Assembly (NCBI GenBank): GCA_022736275.1
Contig: DZBJ01000005.1
Coordinates: 456-64,455 of the forward strand
Source of the DNA: Rikenella microfusus
GTDB taxonomy: Bacteria; Bacteroidota; Bacteroidia; Bacteroidales; VadinHA17
Length of the DNA: 64,000 bases
Reading direction: 5' to 3'
Shown here: positions 37,589-48,165 of the stretch, one piece after another
How positions within the stretch are numbered: position 1 is the first letter of the stretch
Layout of the letters: every line of letters begins with the position of its first letter
Notes under the pieces: model-generated
Database searches by the model: none
What the model saw: only the letters and a program-made list of their open reading frames with translations
What the model was told of the DNA's origin: nothing
Made by a program: the position numbers and the translations under genes

Positions 37589-38398
37589 TCAGCCCTGTGT
37601 AACCACCCCGGTGGCATAATCAAGTTCCGACCCGAAAAGGCTGTGAGGAATTGAATAAACCAGCAGCAGGATAATGGCTGCAGCTATGGTGTATCCGGGC
37701 CTTTGACGCTTTCTGTTCATTATTACAGCCACTATCCATGCAATAACTGCAATCAGCGTCTTGTTGTCAGTGAGATCCCATCCGAAGGGAATGCCTGTCC
37801 ATAACTCTCCGAAGGCAAATTTCTGCACCAGGGGACCAAGTATCATGCTGCCGGCCAGCAACAGCCATAGTGCCCACTGCCCGTATCTCTTCTGCCCGGC
37901 GTGGCCGGCAGCGGCCGTAATGCCCGCAAGGTTCGAGAGGAGCATGGCAAAAAACATTATGAGGATATGGGGAATCATTATCACTGCCGGGACACTGCCC
38001 TTGAACCTGATTACCACAGGCTGCTCACGCGCAATCTCAACCTGGCTACCCGAAGGAGCCGTCAGTACAATGTAATATTCAAGTTTGCCGGCAGCAGGCT
38101 GGGAGGGAAGCTCACCGGAGAGAACGGTACCGTCATGCTGCATGGAGATGGCAGTCCACTCTTCATTCAGTCTGAACTTTTTGTAATGGAGTTCACCACT
38201 ACTGACCCCGGCAGGCACCTCAAGTTTGATCATACACGGTCGGGTGTTGGTCTGGCTTCTCTTGAGGCTGAGTGGGTATCCGGTGCCATCAATCACAGCG
38301 TCAATCCGCTTTGGATAGGTGGGGCCTGTTGTTCTCTGATATAGTGCGGCCGCCGCCGTTATTAGAAGGGCTATGGTCCAGAAGTGAAACTTGTTCAT
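37589..38398 (-). CDS. Membrane protein of unknown function (N-terminal extracytoplasmic domain + about 4 TM)
   Basis: 269 aa; the hydrophobicity pattern is the only evidence. Confidence 0.4.
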   Translation of the reverse strand: MNKFHFWTIALLITAAAALYQRTTGPTYPKRIDAVIDGTGYPLSLKRSQTNTRPCMIKLEVPAGVSSGELHYKKFRLNEEWTAISMQHDGTVLSGELPSQPAAGKLEYYIVLTAPSGSQVEIAREQPVVIRFKGSVPAVIMIPHILIMFFAMLLSNLAGITAAAGHAGQKRYGQWALWLLLAGSMILGPLVQKFAFGELWTGIPFGWDLTDNKTLIAVIAWIVAVIMNRKRQRPGYTIAAAIILLLVYSIPHSLFGSELDYATGVVTQG

Positions 38399-38419
38399 TT
38401 AGGCTGGTTTATCTTTCTT

Positions 38420-40276
38420 TTATAACTGTATTAATAAAAGCTCGCGCCTGTCGTTGCGCAAGACCTCGATAGTCATAGTCTGTCCGGGTTTAAGCTGGTT
38501 GAGCCTGAACATGTAGTCCTCTATATTTTTTACAGGTTTGTCATCTATGGCAACAATGACATCACCCTTTGCCATTCCGCCCAGCGCCGCCGGCTTGCCC
38601 GGGGTGACAAAATCAGCCCGGAGCCCGTTCTTAACATTTCCGGCAAAATCGGGCATGATGCCGAGCGTCACTCCGCGCCTGCGACTCATCGACTGGGCGG
38701 GTCCCTTCGGCCCTGCTTCTGTGAAAGCCAGCCTGTCAGTTTCACCGGCAGCGTGACTCACAATATCAAAGAGCAGATCACCTATTGTGACCATACCTTC
38801 ATAATTGAGCTTGTCCCAGGTGTCAGACGGAGTGTGATAGTCGAGATGGGCCCCGGTGGTGAAGACAAGTACCGGGATCTCTTTTGCGTAAAATGAGGAA
38901 TGGTCGGAAGGCCCGTAACCCTCTTCTGTGAAACTGAGGCTCAGCAGCGTGGTGTCATTGAATGCGGTAACCATGTCACGTAATCCTGCTGCAGTGCCCA
39001 CGCCTCCTGCCTGCAACCCGTTGCCCTCCTTCAGGCGACCGACCATGTCAAGGTTAACCATGAGGTTGACGGCTGACGGGTCAATACCCATATTTTCCAC
39101 AAAGTACTTGGAACCAAGCAGGCCCATCTCCTCACCCGAGAAGGCAACAAAAAGGATATTTCGGGCTTGTCCCTCCCGGCCGGCGGCAAGTCTCTCAGCA
39201 AGTTCAATCATCAGAGCCACCCCTGATGCGTTGTCATCGGCACCATAATGAATGGCAACAGTGTCTGGATTCCTGCTTCCCGAACCAGGTCCCCCCATTC
39301 CTAGATGATCATAATGTGCTCCGATGATGACGTATTCACCGGATGGCCGGCCAGCTTCCAGGTTCATTACCACATTGGCGGTGGCGGCATTCTTCGCAAT
39401 CACCTCCGCCTCGGCTTCGGCAACGGAACGGGTAATAAAACTCCCTGTTACCGTCATCGCATCAGCACTCTTCTCCAGTTCAGCCAGGGTGACACCGGAA
39501 GGCTTCAGTATGGAGTCAGCAACGCTTCGCCTGATGTGGAGCACCGGGATACCGGCACTTCCCTCGTTGCGTGAGGGCTTTTCAAGATTATCCGCTGGAT
39601 CCCATTTTTCACCTGAGACAAGAAGCACACCCCCGGCACCGTTTTCCCGGGCGTTCAATACCTTCATACGGTCAGTACCTGCAGCCTCATATGGCTTTGC
39701 CGCAGGATTAGACTCAGGATACCCCCTGAGAATCAGCACCCATTTACCTTTTATGTCAATGCCCGTGAAATCATTCCACTGGAGTGAGTCGGACGGCGAC
39801 ATGAGACCATAACCGCAAAAGGCCACCGGGGCACTGAGCGCATTGTTAGATGTGAGTGCCAGGGGGGCAAAGTCAATTTCGGGTAAAAACGCCCTGGCAT
39901 TGATGATGAGCTTGTTCCTTTCACCGCTCTCTGCTGCGATGTTAACCCGGAAATGCTGCAGTCCGTTGCCCTCATGCGTGACAAGTCCTGCCCTGGCGAA
40001 CTCATCTCTTATGAAGAGGGAGGCAAGCGAATCACCGCCCGTTCCGGTGCCCCTTCCTGAGAACTCATCTGAAGCGAGCCTCGCTGTGATCAGTTTCAGC
40101 TCACCCTGGGTGATGGCAGCTTGCTGATCCGGGTCCTCTATCTTGTCCTCAAGGGTTCGACCAGACTGCGGACCTGTGACCTGTACAGCCTCATCCCGGC
40201 CGGGGAACATCTTCCGCCCGGTGCCAGCACAGGCGCTCAGTACAATAACGGCAAATAAAATGACAGCTATTCTCAT
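38420..40276 (-). CDS. M28 family peptidase with PA-like insert and C-terminal PDZ domain
   Basis: 618 aa with a lipoprotein signal (VLSAC), IIGAHYDHLG, FSGEEMGLLGS and a PDZ-like GMAKGDVIVAIDDKPV. Confidence 0.8.
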   Translation of the reverse strand: MRIAVILFAVIVLSACAGTGRKMFPGRDEAVQVTGPQSGRTLEDKIEDPDQQAAITQGELKLITARLASDEFSGRGTGTGGDSLASLFIRDEFARAGLVTHEGNGLQHFRVNIAAESGERNKLIINARAFLPEIDFAPLALTSNNALSAPVAFCGYGLMSPSDSLQWNDFTGIDIKGKWVLILRGYPESNPAAKPYEAAGTDRMKVLNARENGAGGVLLVSGEKWDPADNLEKPSRNEGSAGIPVLHIRRSVADSILKPSGVTLAELEKSADAMTVTGSFITRSVAEAEAEVIAKNAATANVVMNLEAGRPSGEYVIIGAHYDHLGMGGPGSGSRNPDTVAIHYGADDNASGVALMIELAERLAAGREGQARNILFVAFSGEEMGLLGSKYFVENMGIDPSAVNLMVNLDMVGRLKEGNGLQAGGVGTAAGLRDMVTAFNDTTLLSLSFTEEGYGPSDHSSFYAKEIPVLVFTTGAHLDYHTPSDTWDKLNYEGMVTIGDLLFDIVSHAAGETDRLAFTEAGPKGPAQSMSRRRGVTLGIMPDFAGNVKNGLRADFVTPGKPAALGGMAKGDVIVAIDDKPVKNIEDYMFRLNQLKPGQTMTIEVLRNDRRELLLIQL

Positions 40277-40363
40277 AGTTAATTTATTGTGCCGTCAAAA
40301 ATAGCAATCTTTTATTATTGGAGCAGCATCATAAAAACAATACTCCGCAAGTGCAGCCTGATC

Positions 40364-41575
40364 CTATTCGAACTGATGTATAGCCTTCTTAATGAGCGAT
40401 ATGGCGTCACGAAGCTGCTCCTCATTGATGATGAGGGGAGGGGCGAACCTGATGATGTGCCCGTGGGTGGGCTTTGCCAGAAGACCGAGATCAGCCATTG
40501 TCAGACATACATCCCATGCCTCCTTGCCGTTTTTCGGCCTGATGACAATGGCGTTAAGCAGCCCTTTGCCCCTGACCAGTTCAATCATTTCCGATTTCAC
40601 GGCTCTCAACTCATCACGGAAAATTTTACCGAGCCTCTCGGCGTTCTCTGCAAGTTTCTCATCCCTGACAACCTCCAGTGCGGCTATCGCCACCTTGCCG
40701 GCCAGCGGGTTTCCACCGAAAGTTGAACCGTGTTCTCCAGGCTTGATGGTAAGCATGATGTCGTCATCAGCCAGCACTGCAGATATAGGCATGGCTCCGC
40801 CCGACAGCGCCTTGCCCAGGATCAGAATGTCAGGTCTGACTCCCTCATGATCGCACGCCAGCAGCTTGCCTGTACGTGCAATGCCGGTCTGCACCTCATC
40901 GGCGATGAAGAGGACATTGTTCTTTTTGCAGAGATCATATGCTTTTTTAATATAACCGTCATCCGGCACAAAGACACCCGCCTCACCCTGGATGGGTTCC
41001 ACAAGGAAACCTGCCACATCCGGGTCACCAAGCGCTTTTTCAAGCGCAGGCAGATCGTTGTATGGAATGGTTATGAAGCCGGGAGTGAACGGACCGTAGT
41101 CCTTCCGGGCATCCGGATCAGTAGACATGGAGACGATAGTGATTGTGCGGCCGTGAAAGTTGCCTTCACAGACTATTATCTTCGCCTGATTCTCCCTGAT
41201 ACCCTTATTAAGGTATGCCCACTTGCGGCAGAGCTTGAGGGCTGTCTCATCTCCTTCGGCGCCGGTATTCATGGGAAGAACCTTGTCGTAGCCAAAATAC
41301 TTTGTTATGTACTCCTCATATTCTCCAAGAACGGAGTTGAAAAAAGCCCTCGAAGTAAGAGTCAGCTTCTGCGCCTGTTCCACAAGCGCCGCAGTGATCT
41401 TCGGATGGCAGTGTCCCTGGTTGACAGCTGAATAGGCCGAGAGAAAATCATAGTACCGTTTTCCCTCTACATCCCATACAAAAGGTCCCTGGCCACGGTC
41501 AAGCACAACGGGCAGTGGATGATAATTATGTGCTCCGTATTTTTCTTCTCTTTCAATGTAATCATGAGGTTGCAT
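40364..41575 (-). CDS. rocD: Ornithine--oxo-acid aminotransferase
   Basis: 403 aa with [44 protein letters not shown] and the PLP-Lys block ILGKALSGG. Confidence 0.9.
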   Translation of the reverse strand: MQPHDYIEREEKYGAHNYHPLPVVLDRGQGPFVWDVEGKRYYDFLSAYSAVNQGHCHPKITAALVEQAQKLTLTSRAFFNSVLGEYEEYITKYFGYDKVLPMNTGAEGDETALKLCRKWAYLNKGIRENQAKIIVCEGNFHGRTITIVSMSTDPDARKDYGPFTPGFITIPYNDLPALEKALGDPDVAGFLVEPIQGEAGVFVPDDGYIKKAYDLCKKNNVLFIADEVQTGIARTGKLLACDHEGVRPDILILGKALSGGAMPISAVLADDDIMLTIKPGEHGSTFGGNPLAGKVAIAALEVVRDEKLAENAERLGKIFRDELRAVKSEMIELVRGKGLLNAIVIRPKNGKEAWDVCLTMADLGLLAKPTHGHIIRFAPPLIINEEQLRDAISLIKKAIHQFE

Positions 41576-41648
41576 AGCTCTTATATTTTATTTTGTTCTT
41601 AGGGGAGGCAATGTTACAAACCTTTTTCGACAAAAAGAAAGGAATGAA

Positions 41649-42332
41649 TCATGATTCTTCGCCGAGAAGATCCGGTCGCTTTTTTCTGGTGATGCTGACC
41701 GACTGTTCGAAGCGCCATTTTTCAATTTCCGGCGTGTTACCGCCGGTCAGGATATCCGGTACCTTCCATCCCATGAACTCTGCCGGCCTCGTATAGACCG
41801 GCGGAGCAAGGAGGTTGTCCTGGAAAGAGTCGGAGAGGGCTGATTCAGCATCGGAGATGGCTCCGGGAAGGAGCCTGACGATGGCATCGGTTATCACCGC
41901 AGCCGGGAGCTCACCCCCGGAAAGCACATAATCACCGATGGAGACCTCGCGGGTGATCAGATGGTCCCTGATGCGCTGGTCTATCCCTTTGTAGTGACCT
42001 GCAAGAATGATCAGATTCTCCTTCATCGACAGTTCATTTGCCAGATGCTGGCTGAAACGTGTTCCGTCAGGTGAGGTGTAGATGATTTCATCGTATGACC
42101 GATGCGAGGTGAGGTGTGAAATACAGTTGTAGACAGGCTCAATCATCATTACCATCCCGGCACCGCCACCGAAGGGATAATCGTCCGTACTCTTATGTTT
42201 ATCAGTCGAATAGTCGCGCAGGTTGATAATGTTGATTTCAACAATACCTCGGGCCCTGGCTCTTTTGATGATCGATTCATCAAAGGGGCTCCGGAGCAGT
42301 TCGGGCAGCACTGTTATAATGTCAATTCTCAT
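41649..42332 (-). CDS. trmD: tRNA (guanine37-N1)-methyltransferase
   Basis: 227 aa with [26 protein letters not shown] and GHYKGIDQR. Confidence 0.95.
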   Translation of the reverse strand: MRIDIITVLPELLRSPFDESIIKRARARGIVEINIINLRDYSTDKHKSTDDYPFGGGAGMVMMIEPVYNCISHLTSHRSYDEIIYTSPDGTRFSQHLANELSMKENLIILAGHYKGIDQRIRDHLITREVSIGDYVLSGGELPAAVITDAIVRLLPGAISDAESALSDSFQDNLLAPPVYTRPAEFMGWKVPDILTGGNTPEIEKWRFEQSVSITRKKRPDLLGEES

Positions 42333-42369
42333 ATAATTCCTGTTTCGTAAATCTAATACAGTTTTTTTG

Positions 42370-42377
42370 TATTTTTG
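42370..42377 (+). promoter_or_regulatory. Candidate -7 promoter box (TATTTTTG) for the YegP-like gene
   Basis: Exact TAnnTTTG, 43 nt upstream of the ATG at 42420. Confidence 0.35.
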
Positions 42378-42419
42378 GAAATGACATATCGAAATTAACC
42401 TTAAAGTAAATTTAGCAAC

Positions 42420-42755
42420 ATGGGAAAATTTGTAATCACGAAGAGGAAAAACGGTGAGTTTCAGTTCAATCTTCTAGCCGGGAATGGCCAGGTGATCCTT
42501 GCCAGCGAGGGATATGCCTCAAAGCCTTCATGCATGAACGGTGTGAAGTCGGTCATGAAAAATGCCGCTGATGTCAAGAGGTTTGAGTCAAAGGTTGCCA
42601 GGAACGGCAAGGTCCACTTCAACCTGAAGGCCACCAACGGCCAGGTCATAGGCAAGAGCGAAATGTACGATTCTTCGGAAAGCTGTGAGAACGGCATCAC
42701 CTCGGTGAAGAAGAATGCACCCGGAGCAACGATAGACGATAAGACGAAGCTCTAG
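42420..42755 (+). CDS. YegP-family protein (tandem DUF1508)
   Basis: 111 aa with two repeats: [21 protein letters not shown] and [21 protein letters not shown]. Confidence 0.85.
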   Translation: MGKFVITKRKNGEFQFNLLAGNGQVILASEGYASKPSCMNGVKSVMKNAADVKRFESKVARNGKVHFNLKATNGQVIGKSEMYDSSESCENGITSVKKNAPGATIDDKTKL

Positions 42756-42756
42756 T

Positions 42757-44445
42757 CTATTTTTTTCTATCGAAGACGATCTTACCGTCAACGATCGTAT
42801 AATCAGTTTTAACCGACATAATCATCTCCTCAGCGATATTGAAAATATCTTCTGAGAGGATGGTTATGTCTGCAAGATAGCCTTTCTTGAGCATCCCTTT
42901 CCTCTCTTCCATGAACTGGGAATAGCCAGATCCCAGTGTATAATACTCAACAGCTTTTTCCATCGAGAGTTTTTCCATAGGAAACCACCCGTCACCTTCC
43001 TCTCCCTTCCTGTCTTTACGGGTGACAGAGGCATAGAGGCCCTCCATGGGGTTCAGCGGCTCTACGGAGTAGTCAGTGCCGAATGCCAGTTTGGCTCCGC
43101 TGTCAGCGAGGCTCTTCCATGCATAGGCCCAGCGGCTGCGGTCAGTGCCGATCCGTTTTTCTGCAAACCGTTTGTCAGTGATGCAGTGCGTGGGCTGCAT
43201 GGAGGCTATCACACCCAGAGCGGCAAAACGGGGGATATCCTCCTCAATAAGTATCTGTGCATGTTCGGAGCGGTGGCGGCTGTCACGTATACCATTGACC
43301 TCGCGTGCCTTTTCATAAGCGTTAAGTATCCAGTTGTTGGCTTTAGGCCCGATGGCATGGATACCTATCTGAAACCCCCGTCGGTCAGCTGCCAGTACCC
43401 TCGCCTCAAGCTCCTCGTAGCTCATTTGTGCCAGCCCGGTTTTGTCAGGCTCGTCATTGAAAGGCTCGAACATCATGGCCGTGGCTGACCCCAGCGTTCC
43501 GTCCATGAAGTCCTTAAGGTAACCAAACCTGATCCAGTCGCCTGAGGGGGGGTACTTCTGTCTCATATCTTCATACCTGTCCAGTTTCTCAGGGTCAGCA
43601 GTCAGTACGCCACCAATATCTATCCGGCTTGTGAGCATCCCTGCCTCCATAATCGTATCATACATCGCGAAATCGGCACTGCCGGGAATCTGAATGCTGG
43701 TGATGCCGTACTCTGCCGCCTGGCGCAGGGCAGTGATATAGCCGCGCCACTCTTTCTCCTTTGCCTCTTCAGGGCTCATCTCCTTTTCCACCGCGCCGGT
43801 CTTAATCAGCTCCATGGCGCTCTCCTTGAGTATGCCCGTCGGTTCACCCATGACCGGGTCCCGCATTATCTCACCGCCGAACGGGTCAGGGGTGTTTCGG
43901 GTGATGCCTGAATTCCTGAGTACATAACTGTTGACCAGCGCACTGTGGCCGTCAATACGGCGGAGAATAACGGGGTTGTCAGGCGAAACGGCATCAATAA
44001 GCTCTTTCACCGGCCATTGGCGGGTGGTAAACATCTCGTGCTCCCAGTGACCCCCGTAAATGAGCTCTCCCTTCTGAGAACGGGCCACCTGCTCCCTGAC
44101 CTTCTCCGTTATCACGGCTGGGTCAGTCATGTACCTGAGCTCAATATAGTCCGGATCAACCGGCCCGAAGTGCGCATGTGCGTCATTGAACCCTGGTATA
44201 ACAGTCTTTCCTGCTGCATTGATCACCTGAGTGGTCGCCGGATCAATATGCCTGCTGACCTCCCTGACACTGCCAATGGCAATGATTTTGTTGCCCCTGA
44301 CAGCGACCGCTTCAGCATACGGCTTCAGAGAGTCAGCGGTGAAGACCCTGCCGCCTGTTATCACCAGATCAGCTATTTCCGCCTTTGAACAACCTGCTGC
44401 AACCAATATTGAAAGTAACATAGTAAAAATAATTCCTGTTTTCAT
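42757..44445 (-). CDS. Amidohydrolase family protein (Amidohydro_3/YtcJ-like), secreted lipoprotein
   Basis: 562 aa with signal LVAAGC, the metal motif GFNDAHAHF, and HAIGP and GTDYSVEP blocks. Confidence 0.8.
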   Translation of the reverse strand: MKTGIIFTMLLSILVAAGCSKAEIADLVITGGRVFTADSLKPYAEAVAVRGNKIIAIGSVREVSRHIDPATTQVINAAGKTVIPGFNDAHAHFGPVDPDYIELRYMTDPAVITEKVREQVARSQKGELIYGGHWEHEMFTTRQWPVKELIDAVSPDNPVILRRIDGHSALVNSYVLRNSGITRNTPDPFGGEIMRDPVMGEPTGILKESAMELIKTGAVEKEMSPEEAKEKEWRGYITALRQAAEYGITSIQIPGSADFAMYDTIMEAGMLTSRIDIGGVLTADPEKLDRYEDMRQKYPPSGDWIRFGYLKDFMDGTLGSATAMMFEPFNDEPDKTGLAQMSYEELEARVLAADRRGFQIGIHAIGPKANNWILNAYEKAREVNGIRDSRHRSEHAQILIEEDIPRFAALGVIASMQPTHCITDKRFAEKRIGTDRSRWAYAWKSLADSGAKLAFGTDYSVEPLNPMEGLYASVTRKDRKGEEGDGWFPMEKLSMEKAVEYYTLGSGYSQFMEERKGMLKKGYLADITILSEDIFNIAEEMIMSVKTDYTIVDGKIVFDRKK

Positions 44446-44537
44446 GAGAATGATTTATCATAACCTGTGCAAGATATAGAAATTGACATTATTTTAGTTG
44501 CCAATTACCTATGTTTTAAACTCCAATATCTGAAACC

Positions 44538-45821
44538 ATGAAAAACACGACTATCCCTCCTGGGTACCTGTTCTCCAAGAGCTATTCAAATTACGTCTTC
44601 ATTCTCCTGTTTTTGCTATACCTGTTTGACTATGCCGACAGGATGGTCGTCAGTTCGATGTTCTCTTATATCCAGGCCGATCTCGGAATCAATGACTTCC
44701 AGTCGGGATGGCTGGTTTCGGTCATCTATCTCACAATAGGTCTTATGGCCTTTCCTGTTTCGCTGGTGATAGACAGATGGAGCAGGACGAAAACGGTTGG
44801 CATCATGGCAATAGTCTGGAGCCTTGCAACCCTTCTCTGCGCCTTCACCGGCAATTATGTGCAGCTTTTCCTTGCGCGTGTACTGATAGGTTTTGGTGAA
44901 GCAGGCTATGCACCCGGTGGCAGCGCTCTCATTTCCGGGATGTATCCCATGGAAAAACGTTCAAAGATGATTGGTTTGTGGAATGCCTCCATCCCGATAG
45001 GTTCTGCAATAGGTGTAACCATGGGCGGCATAATTGCCAGTACATGGGGGTGGAAGCATGCCTTCGGACTGGTGGCCGCTCCGGGACTTTTGATTGCCAT
45101 CCTGTTCCTCTTCGTCAAGGATTACAAGACCGTTGCACTGTCAAAAGTTGACGAATCAAACCAGAAGATAAAGATGGAGAAGAAGGATATAGCAAAAGAG
45201 TTTCTGAGGAAGCCTTCGGTGATATTCACCTATTTTGCCATGACCGCAATTGTCTTTGTCACCACAGCACTGCTTGTCTGGCTGCCGAAGTATTTCCAGG
45301 TAACCAACGGCATGGATCCGAAAAAAGCCGGAAGCCTCGCAGGCGCGGTGATGATGCTTGCATTGGTGGGAGCTCCCCTGGGAGGATATATTATTGACCG
45401 CTGGAGAAAGACCATGCCTACGGCCCGGATGATCTATCCTGCCATCTCGACCTTTATTTCGGCCCTGCTTCTTTTCATGGCACTCTACCTGTTCAAGGGC
45501 ACATTGCAGCTGGTTACACTGTTCATCTTCGGTATCTTCATCATGCAGTTCATAAGCGGGGCTGCTGCAGTGACGCAGGATGTGATCCATCCCGGACTGC
45601 GCGCAACATCGTATGCAATAGCTGTCCTTGTACAGAATCTTCTCGGATCGTTCACGGCACCGATAGCACTAGGACGCATCTCTGACCTGACCAACATCAA
45701 AACGGCCGTAAGCATCCTTCCCTTCTCGCTGCTGCTGGGTGCCCTCCTTTTCCTGATAGGGGCAAGGTACTATGTTAAGGATTTGAACAAGGTTGCTCCG
45801 GTGAAACTTGAGGTAGCATAA
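44538..45821 (+). CDS. MFS transporter
   Basis: 427 aa with about 12 TM and the MFS loop motif VIDRWSRTKT. Confidence 0.85.
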   Translation: MKNTTIPPGYLFSKSYSNYVFILLFLLYLFDYADRMVVSSMFSYIQADLGINDFQSGWLVSVIYLTIGLMAFPVSLVIDRWSRTKTVGIMAIVWSLATLLCAFTGNYVQLFLARVLIGFGEAGYAPGGSALISGMYPMEKRSKMIGLWNASIPIGSAIGVTMGGIIASTWGWKHAFGLVAAPGLLIAILFLFVKDYKTVALSKVDESNQKIKMEKKDIAKEFLRKPSVIFTYFAMTAIVFVTTALLVWLPKYFQVTNGMDPKKAGSLAGAVMMLALVGAPLGGYIIDRWRKTMPTARMIYPAISTFISALLLFMALYLFKGTLQLVTLFIFGIFIMQFISGAAAVTQDVIHPGLRATSYAIAVLVQNLLGSFTAPIALGRISDLTNIKTAVSILPFSLLLGALLFLIGARYYVKDLNKVAPVKLEVA

Positions 45822-45980
45822 ATGAAATTATTACCCTTCCCGGGTACGGTTTCATAATCTTTTCTGTTTAAGAGGCAGTTTTTGCCTCTGAGGGGTTGTA
45901 TCTGGAGCTTTACCGGCGGCGGAATCGGCATCTGAATGAAACGCTTTCATTTAATGGCTGACGTTTTGAATTTATTATAT

Positions 45981-45988
45981 TAGATTTG
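45981..45988 (+). promoter_or_regulatory. Candidate -7 promoter box (TAGATTTG) for lepB
   Basis: Exact TAnnTTTG, 19 nt upstream of the ATG at 46007. It lies inside the longer ORF-track start at 45986, which argues for the 46007 start. Confidence 0.45.
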
Positions 45989-46006
45989 CACCGAAATTCA
46001 GGAAAG

Positions 46007-47407
46007 ATGAAAGAGCTTCTGCAAAACAAATTCTTCAAATTCGGGGTCGTCGCCGTACTGTTTATCCTGTGGGTCATCTGGGTTGGCAACTTCGTGCTGC
46101 TGCTCGGCCTGCCGATAGTTTTTGACATCTACGTAAGCAGGAAGGTCAACTGGGCTTTCTGGAAGAAGCGCTATGGTAAGAACAGCACTGTAATTGAATG
46201 GCTTGATGCACTTATATTTGCAGTTATTGCCGTATCACTCATCAATATCTTCCTGTTTCAGAACTACCGCATTCCTACACCCTCAATGGAGAAGACCCTC
46301 CTGGTGGGTGATCATCTTGCGGTAAGCAAGGTTGCCTACGGACCCCGTATGCCCAACACACCCATCGCCTTCCCCTTTACCCAGCACACTCTGCCTCTGA
46401 CAGGCGGCAAGGGAAAGTCATGGTCAGACCTGGTTCACTGGAAATACAAGCGTCTGAAAGGTTTCGGCCATGTCAAAAACGATGATATTGTTGTCTTTAA
46501 CTTCCCGGCCGGTGATACTGTCTGCCTTGAACAACAGGCAGTAAGCTATTACGAGATACTCCGTGAACAGATCGAGATGTTCACCAAAGAGGATATCAGG
46601 GCGGGCAGGCCTCTCAAAAGCAAGGAGGAGTATTACGCCAGAGCTAGACAGATGGTATGGAATGAATACACAGTAATATACAGGCCTGTTGACCGCCGCG
46701 ATAATTACGTAAAACGATGTGTGGGCATAGCGGGCGACACCATCATGATCAACGGAGGTAAGCTCTTTGTGAATAACAGTGGGGCAAAGGTTCATGAGAC
46801 ACAACAGACTTCATATTATGTCAGGACCAACGGCACACGAATTAATCCAAAGGCCTTCCAAAGGATGAAGATTTCAAAGTCTGACCAGTCTCTGATGCTC
46901 ACCGGAACGGTATACAGGCTTCCGCTCACAGAAAAGAACGCTGAACTGATCTCCGGTTTTGCCAATGTGACCGGCATCGAAGCTGACTACCTCAGGCCGG
47001 GTGAATACTCACCCGCGGTCTTCCCTCATGATCCGCAGTACAGGTGGAACCAGGATAACTTCGGGCCGTTGTGGATCCCGAAGAAAGGAACCACTGTCAA
47101 TATTGACATGACCAACATAAGCCTCTTTTCCTCCATTATTGATATCTACGAGGAGAACGACCTGGAGGTCAGTGACAGTGTCATATACATTAACGGTCAG
47201 CCTGCTGACAGCTATACCTTTAAAATGGACTATTACTGGATGATGGGCGACAACAGGCATGACTCGGCCGACTCACGCTTCTGGGGCTTTGTTCCCGAAG
47301 ATCATATTGTTGGGAGGCCTGTTCTTGTCTGGCTCTCAATCGATAAAGAGGCGGATGGTTTCCGTAAGATAAGATTTAACAGGTTCTTCAAGGGAGCCAA
47401 GCGGTAA
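46007..47407 (+). CDS. lepB: Signal peptidase I
   Basis: Catalytic Ser block IPTPSMEKTL, Lys block YVKRCVGIAGD, and GDNRHDSADSRFWGFVP. Confidence 0.92.
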   Translation: MKELLQNKFFKFGVVAVLFILWVIWVGNFVLLLGLPIVFDIYVSRKVNWAFWKKRYGKNSTVIEWLDALIFAVIAVSLINIFLFQNYRIPTPSMEKTLLVGDHLAVSKVAYGPRMPNTPIAFPFTQHTLPLTGGKGKSWSDLVHWKYKRLKGFGHVKNDDIVVFNFPAGDTVCLEQQAVSYYEILREQIEMFTKEDIRAGRPLKSKEEYYARARQMVWNEYTVIYRPVDRRDNYVKRCVGIAGDTIMINGGKLFVNNSGAKVHETQQTSYYVRTNGTRINPKAFQRMKISKSDQSLMLTGTVYRLPLTEKNAELISGFANVTGIEADYLRPGEYSPAVFPHDPQYRWNQDNFGPLWIPKKGTTVNIDMTNISLFSSIIDIYEENDLEVSDSVIYINGQPADSYTFKMDYYWMMGDNRHDSADSRFWGFVPEDHIVGRPVLVWLSIDKEADGFRKIRFNRFFKGAKR

Positions 47408-47412
47408 TAAGA

Positions 47413-47461
47413 ATTTCCGATTGTCGATTTCCGATTTAATCGACAATCGCAAATCGACAAT
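47413..47461 (+). repeat. Heptanucleotide array, 7 units (ATTGTCG/ATTTCCG/CGACAAT words)
   Basis: Units: atttccg attgtcg atttccg atttaat cgacaat cgcaaat cgacaat. It also contains the 8-bp inverted repeat attgtcga/tcgacaat. Confidence 0.85.
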
Positions 47462-47491
47462 AAAAAAAGCGGGTCTCTCCCGCTTTTTTTT
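47462..47491. terminator. Bidirectional Rho-independent terminator between lepB and rplT
   Basis: A7 run, stem agcggg, loop tctct, stem cccgct, then a T8 run. Confidence 0.8.
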
Positions 47492-47492
47492 G

Positions 47493-47840
47493 TTACTCTT
47501 TCACTTTATCCACTATCGCCTTGAAGGCTTCGGGGTGATTCATCGCCAGGTCGGCGAGGGTCTTGCGGTTAAGGGAGATCCCCTTCTTCTCAAGTCCGCC
47601 GATGAACTGTGAATAACTCATTCCGTGAAGACGTACGCCTGCGTTGATCCTCTGGATCCACAGCGCCCTGAATTGTCCCTTCTTGTCCTTGCGGTCACGG
47701 TAGGCATAGCCCAGACCTTTTTCAAGCACGTTCTTGGCAACGGTGTAAACGTTGGAGTTGCTTCCGAAGTACCCTTTGGTCTGCTTTAAGATATTCTTTC
47801 TTCTCGCCCTTGATGCTGGTGCGTTTGTTGCTCTTGGCAT
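47493..47840 (-). CDS. rplT: 50S ribosomal protein L20
   Basis: 115 aa. [26 protein letters not shown] is typical of L20. Confidence 0.97.
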   Translation of the reverse strand: MPRATNAPASRARRKNILKQTKGYFGSNSNVYTVAKNVLEKGLGYAYRDRKDKKGQFRALWIQRINAGVRLHGMSYSQFIGGLEKKGISLNRKTLADLAMNHPEAFKAIVDKVKE

Positions 47841-47939
47841 TTTCTTTCTCTTTTTCGGATGTAAGCGCCTTCTAAGGTCTTTTAAGCTTCACACCCAGGT
47901 TAATAATTCAATTGATTATCACGCTGACAGGTCGTATTG

Positions 47940-48137
47940 CTACTTCAGACCCAGCATAAGCTTCACATTCTTCTCGTCCGTCTTGTCCACGAGGCCACCG
48001 TAAGTAAGATTCCTCTTACGCTTGGTCGACTTCTTGGTAAGGATGTGGCTTTTGAATGCATGCTTGCGCTTGATTTTACCTGTACCGGTCAAAGAAAATC
48101 TCTTCTTTGCTCCCGGATTTACTTTCATTTTTGGCAT
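47940..48137 (-). CDS. rpmI: 50S ribosomal protein L35
   Basis: 65 aa. [14 protein letters not shown]...HILTKKS is typical of L35. Confidence 0.95.
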   Translation of the reverse strand: MPKMKVNPGAKKRFSLTGTGKIKRKHAFKSHILTKKSTKRKRNLTYGGLVDKTDEKNVKLMLGLK

Positions 48138-48165
48138 CTTATATATATGTGTATAAAAAATTCTA

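Noticed and set aside
40730-41431. A 233-aa plus-strand ORF antisense to rocD. Similar long antisense ORFs lie at 5593-6192 (rnfE), 58813-59418 (GH3 gene), 3654-4154 and 12997-13476.
   Set aside because: Each lies entirely within a strongly supported gene on the other strand and shows no motifs, signal peptides or start context. I treat them as antisense shadow ORFs.
47841-47939. An L20-binding regulatory leader in the rpmI-rplT spacer, or upstream of infC or rpmI.
   Set aside because: I could not recognise a pseudoknot or L20-site mimic by eye. Without a covariance-model search the claim is unsupported.
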